Positions 52,495-64,000 of a stretch of DNA of 64,000 bases are shown in pieces. Under the pieces are notes generated by a model that was not told where the DNA came from, did no database searches, and worked only from the letters and a program-made list of their open reading frames with translations. Made by a program: the position numbers and the translations under genes. The stretch is from Gnetum montanum. Taxonomy: Eukaryota > Plantae > Gnetophyta. The stretch is from the NCBI GenBank assembly GCA_015680685.1, contig MNCI01000986.1, positions 572,195 to 636,194 on the forward strand, written 5' to 3'. Each line of letters opens with the position of its first letter. Positions within the stretch are counted from its first letter, which is position 1.

Positions 52495-55400
52495 TGTGGA
52501 TCATTGAACTTAGAAGGGGGAGGGGGTGAGATTAATAAGTTCTCCAAATTAAAAATTTATGAACCAAAGCACACACATGGAATTAATGTGGTTCCCAAAA
52601 TTGGATAGTCTACACTTAGATGGTAGATCACAAGCACACCTCTGGACTTTGTTGCTCTCAAATGTGGCTTAAAGGGTCCACACCTTGTACAATCTTCAAG
52701 TCCCACTTTGGAGTGTTGTTCTGCAACACCAATCACTCAATCCCATAAGATCCTAACAAGCTCAAGCAAGATTCCTTTGCACAAGAAGCACATCAACACC
52801 GCAAGGCAACAAGGAAGAATAATTACAAGGGATAAATGTAACTTATTTGCTAATCCTGCACTTTAAGGTACAACACACTTTATAATGAACAAATGATGAT
52901 ACAGTGAAGAGCAACGGAGATCACAATGATTGTACAATGATTACACATAAGCTTGCACTTTTTCCAATGCATATGATGCCTTCTTATAGTTATCATGTTT
53001 CCAAATCCATCTTGAAACTCGTGCAATGACTAGCCAATAGTTACTAATGGTCATGGAAGATGTCTTCTTTGTGCTTGAGATATCTTTTTGTATTTACTCT
53101 ATATTCTAGGAAGATGTCTTTGTCTGGGAAAGATGTCTTTCTTAAATTTCCATTCTAGGAATATGTCTTTGTTTAATGGAAGACATCTTTCTAAAATTGT
53201 CCTACATTCTTTGAAGATGTCTTTGCTTGATGGAAGATGTCTTTGCTTGAGGAAGGACATCTACTATTTCTTAAAGACATCTTTTCCTATGCATCTTCCA
53301 ATTCTACCAGGACATCTATTGTTTCTCAGAGATGTATTTCTTCAATCTTCCTTTGCATGATGAATTCATCATTCCTTATCCACAACCTTGATCTTTCATT
53401 TGCTTCAATGATGAAAACTCTACTTGTCCACATTCTTTGAATTCTTTTCTTTTAAGCTTAGCTTTTGTTGATGAACCCTTGAGACCTTGTGGATGACTTT
53501 CTCCTTTTGTTTACACTAGTATGTTCCTTGTCATCTCATCTTAGTCCTACAACACACACACATCCGTGGTCTCCATTTTGCTTAACATTTTGACACACCA
53601 AAAGGTTCAAAATCTCCTCATTTTTGGTGATATTCAAAACTTAATAAAATGGGTGAGTAATCATACAAATATAATCATACTATTCTCCCCTTTTTTGAAC
53701 AACAACAAAAAGGATAAGACACATAAACTGGTGAAAGAGTCATCATAAAAGCACGATATCATAAAATAAGCATAATAAACAATCATGGCATAATTCCAAG
53801 GAAAAAAACATTAGCAAGAAAGAATATCAATTAAAGAGTACACATTTTTCAGCATTAAGTCCCATGAGAAGTTTCCCCCAATTTTTCAAGAATTAATCCA
53901 AGCCTTTCCAAGTGATATTCAAACTTAAATCTTGAAGTAGAGTATAAGCCTTGAAGATTAAGTAACCTATCCCTAAATCAATAAATCATTAGTAGTTTGT
54001 AGTACATGGTTATTTTAATGCATAAATATTCTTCATTCGTTTAAAAACATTGGAGAAAGAGTAGGGCATATGATAAGGAGAATATAGCAATACATCTTCA
54101 CAATGTGAAACTAGTCATGTCATATTTTAAGTACTACTCAAAGGATGTTTCAATCAAAATCATGGATACTTTTCCATAATTAGAATGATCATGTGCTTGC
54201 TCATATTGTTGTAAGGAATAATATCACTATTTGCATTCTTTCATATAAGTACTCCTTTAGCTTATGCTTGAATATCGAATAGGTGGGTTGATGATACATT
54301 AAGACTTGCTCTTATCAGTTCAAAACAAGGATCTACAACTAATCCAAAAGAAAAGAAAAGACCAACACTCACATAATTTAATGTAAAAGACCAAATATAG
54401 ATCAAGCATCCTTTTGAATTGAAACAATTATTTCATTAGAACTTGTATCTTTATATTCAATTAGAAATTTAGAAAACATCAATCCAAAGGATATTGAAAC
54501 CATAAAAGTAATATGCATATTTTTCTCTTTGTATAAGGCAATAGTACAAACACAACCATTTTTAAAAAACTAAATGATAATAATGCCAAAGGATATCAGG
54601 AACACAAATTCAAGAATCAACCATCGACTTAAAAGAAGAATACCTCTTGATGTCCTTATCTTCCTCATTTTTGGAATATTTTGCTATTTATTGGTTTAAG
54701 TATCCAAAGACTTCCCCTACATTGATGATCTTCAAGATGGTGATGGATAATGAGGAATAGGCTCCCCCTATACATGTGCTACTTATATTGGACTATTAAT
54801 GTACAAATGTTCTAAATCACAAAAGCACTACAACTATAGGTCAATGTTAAGCTTAAATGCAAAGACTAAGTTCTCTAATCAGTAATATTGATAAGATTTT
54901 TCAAACGCTTTCCTTATCCCATAAATAGCAAAAATATCCCAAAGGCCATGAGCTTAGAAGTAGATCATCACAATAAGTTCAGATTAAACATGACAAGAGC
55001 CAATAAGATAATGATCCAAAGGAAATTGAAATAAGTGCTACACACATTTTTTCATAGAACTAGTTATTTTAGGCTCAAAAACAAATATAAGGGATGCTCT
55101 AAGCAATTATTCCACCATTTTCCAAGACAAATAATTTTGGACTTCATATACCATTAGCAAGCAAAGAGATGGAATCTTACCTTGGCTTACCTTGCTTACA
55201 GGGGAGAAGAGAATATTAATGGAGTTTAAGGTATCATGAAGTACCTTCTCATCTTTTGGTTCTCTTTCATTAGATCGTATATGTGATGTCTCTATTTTTC
55301 ATGCTCTTTATGATAGAACCCTTGATCACTTATTGCACTATTTTCAATACTCTACTTCTCTTCATTCTCACTTATTGGTAGCTGCATAATTTTCTTACCA

Positions 55401-58206
55401 AAGGCTTTTTAACAAGACCAAGCATTAATCTTGTTTTGATCATCATGAGTATAGTTATGAATTTTTTTACAATCACAATTTTCACAAACAAATAAAGTAT
55501 CATCCTCATGATAAAAATTATCAAACCTGATTGTGCTTGAGCTTGGATTTTCATGTGTGGCTTCCTCTAAATTCTTTGGTTGTTTTTTAGGAGTCTCCCC
55601 TTCTTGAACCTTGCTACAATTTATATTAAAAGAGGTTAGTTGTTGAATCTCAACTTTTATGTCTGAGATCTCTTCTTTTACTTTAGCATGAATAGCATCT
55701 AGCTTAAAAAGTAGAAATTTCTTTACCTTCCTAATCAAATGATGTAAAAGAAAAATTTCTTCTTTAAATTCACTATACCTCTTATCACACTTACCATCTT
55801 GTTTAGCCATATGTCAGGAATTTTCATCTGTAAGTGTCATGCATATGAGATGTGAATTTTTGGAAGAATTGCATGCTTCTTCTTCACTTTGCTCGCCATC
55901 ATCCCAACTAGTATAAAAGTTGGTCTTTTTGGTTCCTCATTGTTGGATCTATTCTTTGGCTATACATTACTATCACTAGGACATTTGAAGGTCAGATGGC
56001 CTCTTCCTCCATAAACCCAACATTCTATAAAATGAAAATATAAGTAAAAATTTAAAAAAATCTACCTCTTTCTCTACCTTTGAACAAATTGGATCTTTGT
56101 TGTGATGCTCCCTTATTTCTTCTTGTTAGCAATCACTGCAGCTTCCTTGAGAGAAGGGCAATCTCATCTTTGCTACCCTCATCATGTTCATTGAACTCTT
56201 TCTCATTGGAGGCAGTCTTTAGATCAATAGGTCTTTCTTGGATTGCTCCTTCACTTATGAGATTCATTTCATAAGTAATGAGAGCACTTTTAAGCTCTTC
56301 AAATTTTAAGGTTAAGAAATTTCTAATCTCTACCATAGCCATGACCTTTAGTCTGAACTCTAGTTGTAGGGTTCTGATCATTTTGATGATGACATCACTT
56401 TCGAGTAAATCTTTACTTGTTCCTCTAATAGCTACAACAAGATCATTAGCTCTAGAGAAATAATCTATTATTTTTTCACCTTCTCTCATTTTAAGTTTAT
56501 CATATTCACTTTGTAAAACTAATAATTTCAATTGTTTAACAATAGATGGTCCTTCATAGATAGCTTCTAAAGTTTGCCAAATTTCTTTGGTTTTTTTTAC
56601 ATCCCACTACTCTATTAAATTTAGATTTATTCAATGAACAATATCAATAATTTTTTGCTTTTGAATCAAACATGAACTTATCATTTTCCTCTTATGTCCA
56701 TTTATTGCGAGGCTTGATGATGCTGATGGAGTTGTCAATAGGTAGGGTGTAGCCTTTAAGGATTGACTTCCATACTTCAAATTCCATGGATTCAAAGAAC
56801 CCTTACATTCTAACTTTCCAATAGGCAAAGTTGAATCCATCAAACATGGATGGCTTTGTATAAGATGTCCTCTCCATTGTTCATTCTTGAAGTTGATAAT
56901 GACAAAGAAGAGTACTAGTCTTTGATACCACTTGTGGAACCTTGAACTTAGAAAAGGGGGGGCGGGAGGAGGGGCGGGGGAAGGGTGGGGATGAATAAGT
57001 TCCCCAAATTAAAACTTTATGAACCAGAGCACACACATGAAATTAACATGATTCCCCAACTTGGATAGTCCACACTCAGAGGGTAGACGACAAGCATACC
57101 TCCAAACTTTGTTGCTCTAATGTGGTTTGAAGGGTCCACACCCTATATAATCTTCAAGCTTTACTCTAGAGTATTGTGCTACAACACCAACCACTCAACT
57201 CTACAAGGTCTTTTCAAGCTTGGAATGTGGTTTCTAGGCTTCCACAACCTTTACAATCTTGAGCTTTACTTCAAAGTATTATGTCGCAACACCAATCACT
57301 TAATCCCACAGGATCCCAACAAGCTTAAGCAAGATGCCTTCCCACAAGAAGCACATCAACCTTGTAGGGCAACAAGGGAGAATAATTACAAGGGATAAAT
57401 ACAACTTAGTTTGTTGATCCTTGCACTTTGAGGTACAACACACTTTACAATGAAAAAATGATGATACAATGAAGAGCAACAAATATCACAATGATTGAAA
57501 AAATAATTGTACAATGATTACACATAAGCTTGCATTTTTCCAAACGCATATGATGTCTTCTTATAAATGTCATGTTTTCAAATCCATCTTGGAACTCGTG
57601 CAATGGCTAACCAACGGTCACTAACAGTCATGGAAGACATCTTCTTCGTGCCTGAGACATCTTTATGTATTTTCCATATATTTTGGGAAGACATCTTTGT
57701 CTAGGAAATACATATTTCTGAAATCTTCATTCTGCAAAGATGTCTCTGTCTGATAGAAGATTTCTTTCTAAAACGAGCCTACATTCTATGAAGATGTCTT
57801 TGCCTGATGAAAGATGTCTCTGCCTAATGAAAGACGTCTTTTCTTGAGGAAAGATGTCTGCTATTTCTTAAAGACATCTTTGCCTATGCATCTACCAATT
57901 CTACCAAGATGTCTACTATTTCTCAAGGACATCTTTTGTCAACCTTCCTTTGCATGATGAGTTCATCATTCCTTGTCGACAACCTTAATCTTTTGCTTGC
58001 TTCAATGATGACAACTCTACTTGTCCATGTTCTTTGAATTATTTTCCTTTAAGCTTGCCTTTTATGGATGAACCCTTGAGACCTTGTGAATGACTTTCTT
58101 CTTTTATTTACCAGTTCATTCCTTGTCATCTCATCTTAGTCCTACAACAGACACACATCCTTTGTCTCCATGTTACATAACGTTTTTACATACCAAAAGG
58201 TTCACA
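52495..58206 (-). mobile_element. SIRE-like Copia-derived gag-only LTR element (copy B)
   Basis: AGTGA TSD; LTRs 52495-53611 and 56933-58206; PBS TGGTATCAAAGA (56919-30); 3.3-kb internal region with gag only. Confidence 0.88.
55400..56870 (-). pseudogene. Copia/SIRE-type gag (copy B), degenerate
   Basis: LQSEYDKLKMREGEKIIDYFSRANDLV...VIIKMIRTL...LITYEMNLISEGAI...EIALLSRKL; CWVYGGRGHLTFKCP. Confidence 0.82.
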
Positions 58207-58999
58207 AGTGAAACCCTTATAAATTTCTATTATGTGTATTTATTATGTTATTACTACGTCAACCTTACCAGAGGACTACCTTTAAACATGGGTAACATGT
58301 CTTTCTAGTAACATGGTAAGACAACACTTATTTTGGATATACTTTCATTTTTCATTAGAACTTAGATAAATAATATAACTTAATAGTGGGGTAAGACTTC
58401 TAGTAGTATCCTTAGAGAATTCACAAATACCCTTGATGTCACACCCTTTTCATTCCCACTTGGTTCTTCACTTTTTCATCCAAGCATAATGATTATGATT
58501 TTATTTAGTTTTATTATGGAAAGAATGTCATTATATCTATGGTAAGAACCTCATATTATCGGAAATAAATGGATGGATGATGTGGTCTCATTGTATATAA
58601 TGAATCAATTCTTCAATGATTGGATAATATAAAGTGAAATTCCCATTATTTGGACTACATGTTGTTTTATGCCTTTACACTTTATTAGAAAAAATAGAAA
58701 AATATGTACGTGAAAGATACTAAGAATCATGGAAGAATGGTAAGAATAGGAAAATGTATAAATAAGTCAAAATATATTAAAAAAATTAAAAATCATTAAG
58801 AAATGGAAAAGGTATAAAAGAATGGTAAAGATATCAAAGAATGTAAAAATTGGTAAGAAACAAGAAAAATATAACAAGTATCTGAAAAGAGGGTTTGGTG
58901 ACTAAGTGTCAAAGTTGACACCCCCACAACCATCATTAAGAGTGAAAATTTGAATGAGTGAAATGGTGTTAAATGGTCTAGTGTGTGAGGGGAAGTTTC

Positions 59000-61900
59000 T
59001 AGAGGAGTTAGAAAAGTTGTAAAATGGTTTTACCTATTGAATATTGGCAAGAATAAGTTTTTTTAAGTTTATTTGGTAATAAATTTACATTGCACCTGAC
59101 TGGTATGTAACATGGATGATATAAGGTCCTTCCTAGAAGGTTTAAAACTTAGTCTTTTGTGGTACATGGTTTGGATTATAGTAAAGAACTTTATCACTTG
59201 GCTTGATGGACATTTGTCTTATTTTAGCATCATGTCTACATTTGGAGTATTTCTTATGGATTTTGTTGCTTATTTAAACTACTAGTTGATTTTCATATAA
59301 AACATTTAGATTCATTAGGTGTTCTTTCTTAGCAAAGTTTTAATCTAGGTCAAGATTACTAGCAGTTTCAAGGGTTTTTAGCTCTACTTGGATAGGTAGA
59401 GTAGGCAATTTTCCATAAAATAACTCATATGGTAAATACCCTATAGGAATTTTTTAGATTGATCTACATGCCCATAAAGCATTATTAAGTTTAGTTCTCC
59501 AATCCTTCATATATTGACTAACAATTCTATTTAATATCCTTGTAATTTCTCTATTAGTCACTTTAGCTTGACCATTCGCTTGGGCATGATAAGGTGTAGT
59601 TAATTTGTGGTTGACCTCAAGTTGTTGCATTAGCTTCTTAAATGTAGCTCCTATGAAATGAGTCTCGTTACCTAATATCAACATGCATGGTACTCCAAAT
59701 CTATTCACCACCTATTGTTGAAAAAAACTTTGTAGCTATGGTGACTATACAATCCTGAACTATAACTTCTTCCACCAATTTGGTACAATAATCAATTTTC
59801 ATAATAATATAAGACTTTCCATTTGACATTGACACAATGGATCCCATAAATTCAATTTCCAAAATGTCAAAAGGTTTTAATGGTTGTATCCACTGTAATG
59901 AATCTTTATTTTTGGCAATTAGTCCTTCATCTCTTTGACATCTTTTGTAAGATTGTGAAAACTAGTATGCATCCTTGAATATGGTAGACCAAAAGTAGCC
60001 TACTATCATTAGTTTTAGTGTTATCCATCATTCCGCATAGTAACTTTCACATGGTCCTTCATGCGTAGCTTGTACGACTCTTGTTGAATTTCTTCCAGAA
60101 AACACCATCTTATCAACCCATTAGCACATATCTTGTAAAGGTTTTTGTTAATTTTCATATATATATTTACCTTGTGGAGAAACTCTTCTTTGTGTTTATT
60201 ATATCATTCAACAAGAAGTTCTTATATGGTAAGATATGTCATGTAATCAATAATCCATGACTTCACTGTTGAATCCAAAACCATTGTTCTTTCTTTAATG
60301 TCCCAAGGTTCCTATATTAATCTTAATAGGTTGTTAACTACAACATTTTTAGTTCCTTTTCTATCAATCATTATGATGTCAAATTCTTGTAAGATAATAA
60401 GCCATCTCATCACTCTCAAACTTACCGCTAGTTTATTCATAAAAAACCTAATAGCATTGTGATCAATATGGACATAAATAGAATACATGAGCACATAGTC
60501 TATGAATTTTGCAAGTGCATACACCATAGCCATAAGCTCCTTTTTTGTGGTGGTATAATTAAGTTGTGCCTCGGTGATGCTTTGATTGGCGTGGTGTATA
60601 TAATAAGGTTATTTCTAGTCATCAAGTTGAGTTAACATTGCTTCTAATGCACAGTTGAAAGAATTTGTCATAATATAAAAAGACTTAGACCAATCAGGAG
60701 CTTGGAGGATTAGTGTCTTCATCAATTTCTATTTGAGGATCTCAAATGCTTTCTCACATTGTTCTGTCCATTAAAATGGTGTATCTTTCTTTGTTAGTTC
60801 AACTAGTGATTTTGCAATTTTTGAGAAAATTTTGATGAATCTTATATAGTATCTTGTATGGCTAAGAAATGATTTAACATCTTTAACTATTTTTGACCTC
60901 TAAGTCATGTTTTGAATGACTTTGATCTTTTCTAGATCTACCTCTATTCCTTGATGAGATACTATATGTCCTAGAACTATGTCATCTTGAACCATTGAGT
61001 AGCTTTTTTGCTAATTGAGCTTAAGATTAGTTTCATCATATCTTTTCAAAACTTTCTCTAAACAGTCCAAGGCTTGTTTGAAGTCTAGCTCATATGTGAA
61101 AAAATCATTCATAAAAACTTTAACTTTGTTACCAATCTACTTTTGAAAGATACTTAATACAAGCTACTAGAAAGTAGCAGGAGCATTACACAAGCCAAAG
61201 AACATTTTCCTATATGAAAATGTTTCCCATGGACTGGTGAATGTGGTTTTCACCTTGTCTTCTGGTGCAATACAAATTTGGTCATACCCACTATATCCAT
61301 CCAAAAAGCTATAGTATTAGTGTCCCATGATGATGTCCAGGACTTGATCAACAAATGCTAAAGGGAAATGGTCCTTGAATGTCACCATGTTCAACAATTG
61401 GAAATTAATGCAGATTCTTCACTTACCAACTTTCTTTAGGACAATGACTAATGGCTAACCCATTCATAGTCTACTATCGGATAGATAAACCTAACTTTCA
61501 ATATTTTCTCCAACATTTGTTTGACAACTTCTTTAAGTTTGGGGTTTAATCAACTTTGAGGTTGGTAGCATGGTTTAATAATTAGATCTATGTAGATTTG
61601 ATGTTGAAAAATTTGTGAATTAATACCCATGATTTCATCATAGGACCATGTGAATGCAGTTGATCTTTTATTACCATTTCCAATAATTTTCTTTTTAGCA
61701 CTTATCAAGATTGGAATTTATGATTACCACTTTTTTATTGCTTAGAAAAGCATATTTCAATACATCTAGTAGGGCCTTTAGTTCTAGAGGCTTTGGTTTG
61801 TATTTCTCTTGTATCTCTAAGTGTTCCCATTTAATGTCTTCCTCTAATTTTGATTTCATGTAAGAAGTTCTCTTCTTAATTGATCTAACTTATTTATTTC

Positions 61901-63480
61901 TTCAACATAGGCACTTGTAATCTTATTCAAAGGTTTCATGCATATGTTAGATTATGCTTCTTTTTTAGTAATCAGCCACTAGGTGCCTTCATGTCTAGTG
62001 GTTGCTACATACAAACATTGTTGTACACATGTCTTCTACACATCTATTGCATGCTATGATGGCATTGTGTTTTGTAGTCCAAGTCTTTTACACATAATCG
62101 CACTCATTATTGTTATATGCAATACGTGGAACTTTGCTTCTTTGAATAATTTTGGCTTCATCTTTCTTGAAATTTTCCAAGGACAAGTCTCAAATTCCAA
62201 GCTTAGCATCCATATTACTAAGCCATGCTCTTCCCATAATTATAGGAAATTCCCCTTCCTACATGTATAACTAGGAAATTAGTAGGATAAGACCAACCAC
62301 TTATGGTGGTGATTATATCCTTCACTTATCCAAGTGGAACAACAATTGACTAATATGTAGGCTTTAATCAAATGTTACTCTTCTTCAGCACAGGAAGATT
62401 CTAGGCCTTATACATATCTTATAAAGTAAGATTCACTATTGACCTAGAATCTAATAGAGCCTTGCATGGTTTATGTCCTGTGATTTTTAGATAAACTGAG
62501 GGACTTCCAGGATGTGTTCTTTTTGGGAAGTGCTCTTGCTTTGATCCAATGCATTACCGTCTAAGTGAGCATGATAATTATCAAATTCTTCTATGCTAAT
62601 ATTGAAAGCATAGTGTTTTTCTAAGATTATGTATGGATAGCATAGAGTTAGATGAAGTCCCCATCCTTCAAACCTTTTCTGAACTTTTCCTAAAGAAAGG
62701 ACATTTCCTAAGTTTTTTTATCACATCTTCTTGTGTGATGATTGCCTTGGTAGCACTCTTTTGTTGTGGTTGTGTTGGTAGTTCTCCTTGCATGATTGGT
62801 GAACAACCAACTATTGGTTGAGGTGTGTAAGAATTTGGATCCATGTGAGAGGTAGTCGAACTATAGCACTCTAGTGGATAGTAAGAGGAGGAGGTGTATA
62901 TAGAAGTATTCCTTAGAGAGATCAAACATTGAACATAGTATCCATGAGGATTAGGTTGCCTATATGGGTACTATTTCCTTGGTGATGACATTTCCCATGC
63001 TTGTGGTTATTACCACTGCTACTAGTATTACTCTTACAATTGAGGATAAGCCTACTTAGATAGTACAATTGTTCGTAGGACTATTTGAAATTACCTTGTG
63101 GATAAGGTAACTATTTGTGCATTTGTTTCTTAACAAATTTTGGATTAAGTACATATGCCTCAAACTCTTGTAAGTGGGCCATAATAAGGCAACATCCCTT
63201 AGGATATTCATACTAACACACTTTACATCATTCATCATCTTCTAAACTAGAGTCTATTATTTCCTCTACTACAACAACTTTTCCTTTATTCTTGAACTTC
63301 TATAATCTATTATCTCTTCTCTTCTTCTTGTCTTTAGTTCTATTTGAGGCTTGTTTAGTCTTTTTTCTACTATTTTTAGTGTTGTAGCAAACTTTTCACC
63401 TATGGAATCCCACATTTTCTCTACCTTGTTGCAATGTCATTAATCGATTTCTAAATTAGTAGTCTTTTGTTGGATCATAT
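59000..63480 (-). pseudogene. Athila-like gag C-terminus and pol (PR, RT, RH, INT), degenerate; part of the element whose 3' LTR is at 39702
   Basis: PR PCKALLDSRS; RT FPLAFVDQVLD..YSFLDGYSGYDQI.IAPEDKVKTTFTSPW..FGLCNAPATF..FMNDF; RH NYTTTKKELMAMVYAL..MRWLIILQEFD; INT RFGVP..THF..TPYHAQANGQAKVTNRE. Confidence 0.9.
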
Positions 63481-63512
63481 TTTACAAAGTTTCCTTATAA
63501 CTCAAGAAAACA

Positions 63513-64000
63513 TTGCTTCTAAAATATGATCCAAAGACTCTACATTCACCTAAGATAGACAATCTTGAAGGAGATGATGTAAGCCCTAAACTAGAGGAGG
63601 TCTCAAGGCCTAGGACCTCATTGAAATTTAGAAAGGATAAATCAAGGGACCTTGGGGAACATCATAGAAGCCATGGAAATCCTTCTAGTTCCACATCTTC
63701 CTCTCCCCCTTTAACGTCTAGTTCTGATGAAGATGAACGTAGGTATAGGGATAAAGTTCTAGTAAAGGATCGAAATAAAAGTAAAAATCAAATCCACAAA
63801 CATAATCAAAGTCACCAACATGAACACAAGTCCAATCATCACCATCAACCAAATAGAAATTTTCATCACTTGTCTGATGGCCACTAAAAGCATGATGAAG
63901 ATAACAAAGGCCATTAAGATATCTCGCAAGCATTACAAATAGTCACCTACCTAGGCTTGATATGAATAATATCTCTAAATTTGCAGGAGGCTATGATTTA
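63513..64000 (+). pseudogene. Athila-like gag N-terminal low-complexity region in opposite orientation
   Basis: SRPRTS...KSRDLGEHHRSHGNPSS...DEDERRYRDKV is homologous to 7850-8030 (SRLKTS...ESRDYSERQGCHGISPNS...KDEHRHEDKV). Confidence 0.7.

Overview
Land-plant nuclear DNA, probably from a large, heavily methylated genome (a non-flowering vascular plant is a weak inference). Almost all of the window is nested, decayed retrotransposon sequence. The only intact-looking host gene is the 3' end of a DOMON/EB_dh-type heme-binding membrane protein gene (AT3G62370-like, ~1.8-2.75 kb). Transposable elements present: an RTE-type LINE; a LINE with a 5'-inversion; a pol-less Athila-like element (6.4-11.7 kb); an old Tat/Ogre-like element broken into pieces across 11.7-39.7 kb; and a large Athila-like element running from 39.7 kb past the window end. 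Inserted into these are CRM-like LTR/gag remnants, solo LTRs, and three structurally complete elements with LTRs, PBS, PPT and exact TSDs that encode only Gag or Gag plus protease. One of these is Tat-derived (27953-37287) and two are SIRE-like Copia-derived (45408-51853, 52495-58206). The most notable observations are: (i) pol-less TR-GAG-like elements from several lineages, with the two SIRE-like copies sharing a putative intron and extra exon; (ii) a chimeric island at 17.4-19.8 kb, where an LRR-receptor fragment is fused in frame to an apparently intron-less GT31 galactosyltransferase fragment, facing a PLS-PPR pseudogene, between two CRM-like LTRs; (iii) tandem arrays that differ in copy number between the LTRs of one element; (iv) inversion junctions marked by inverted repeats. 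All calls come from reading motifs by eye; no searches were run.
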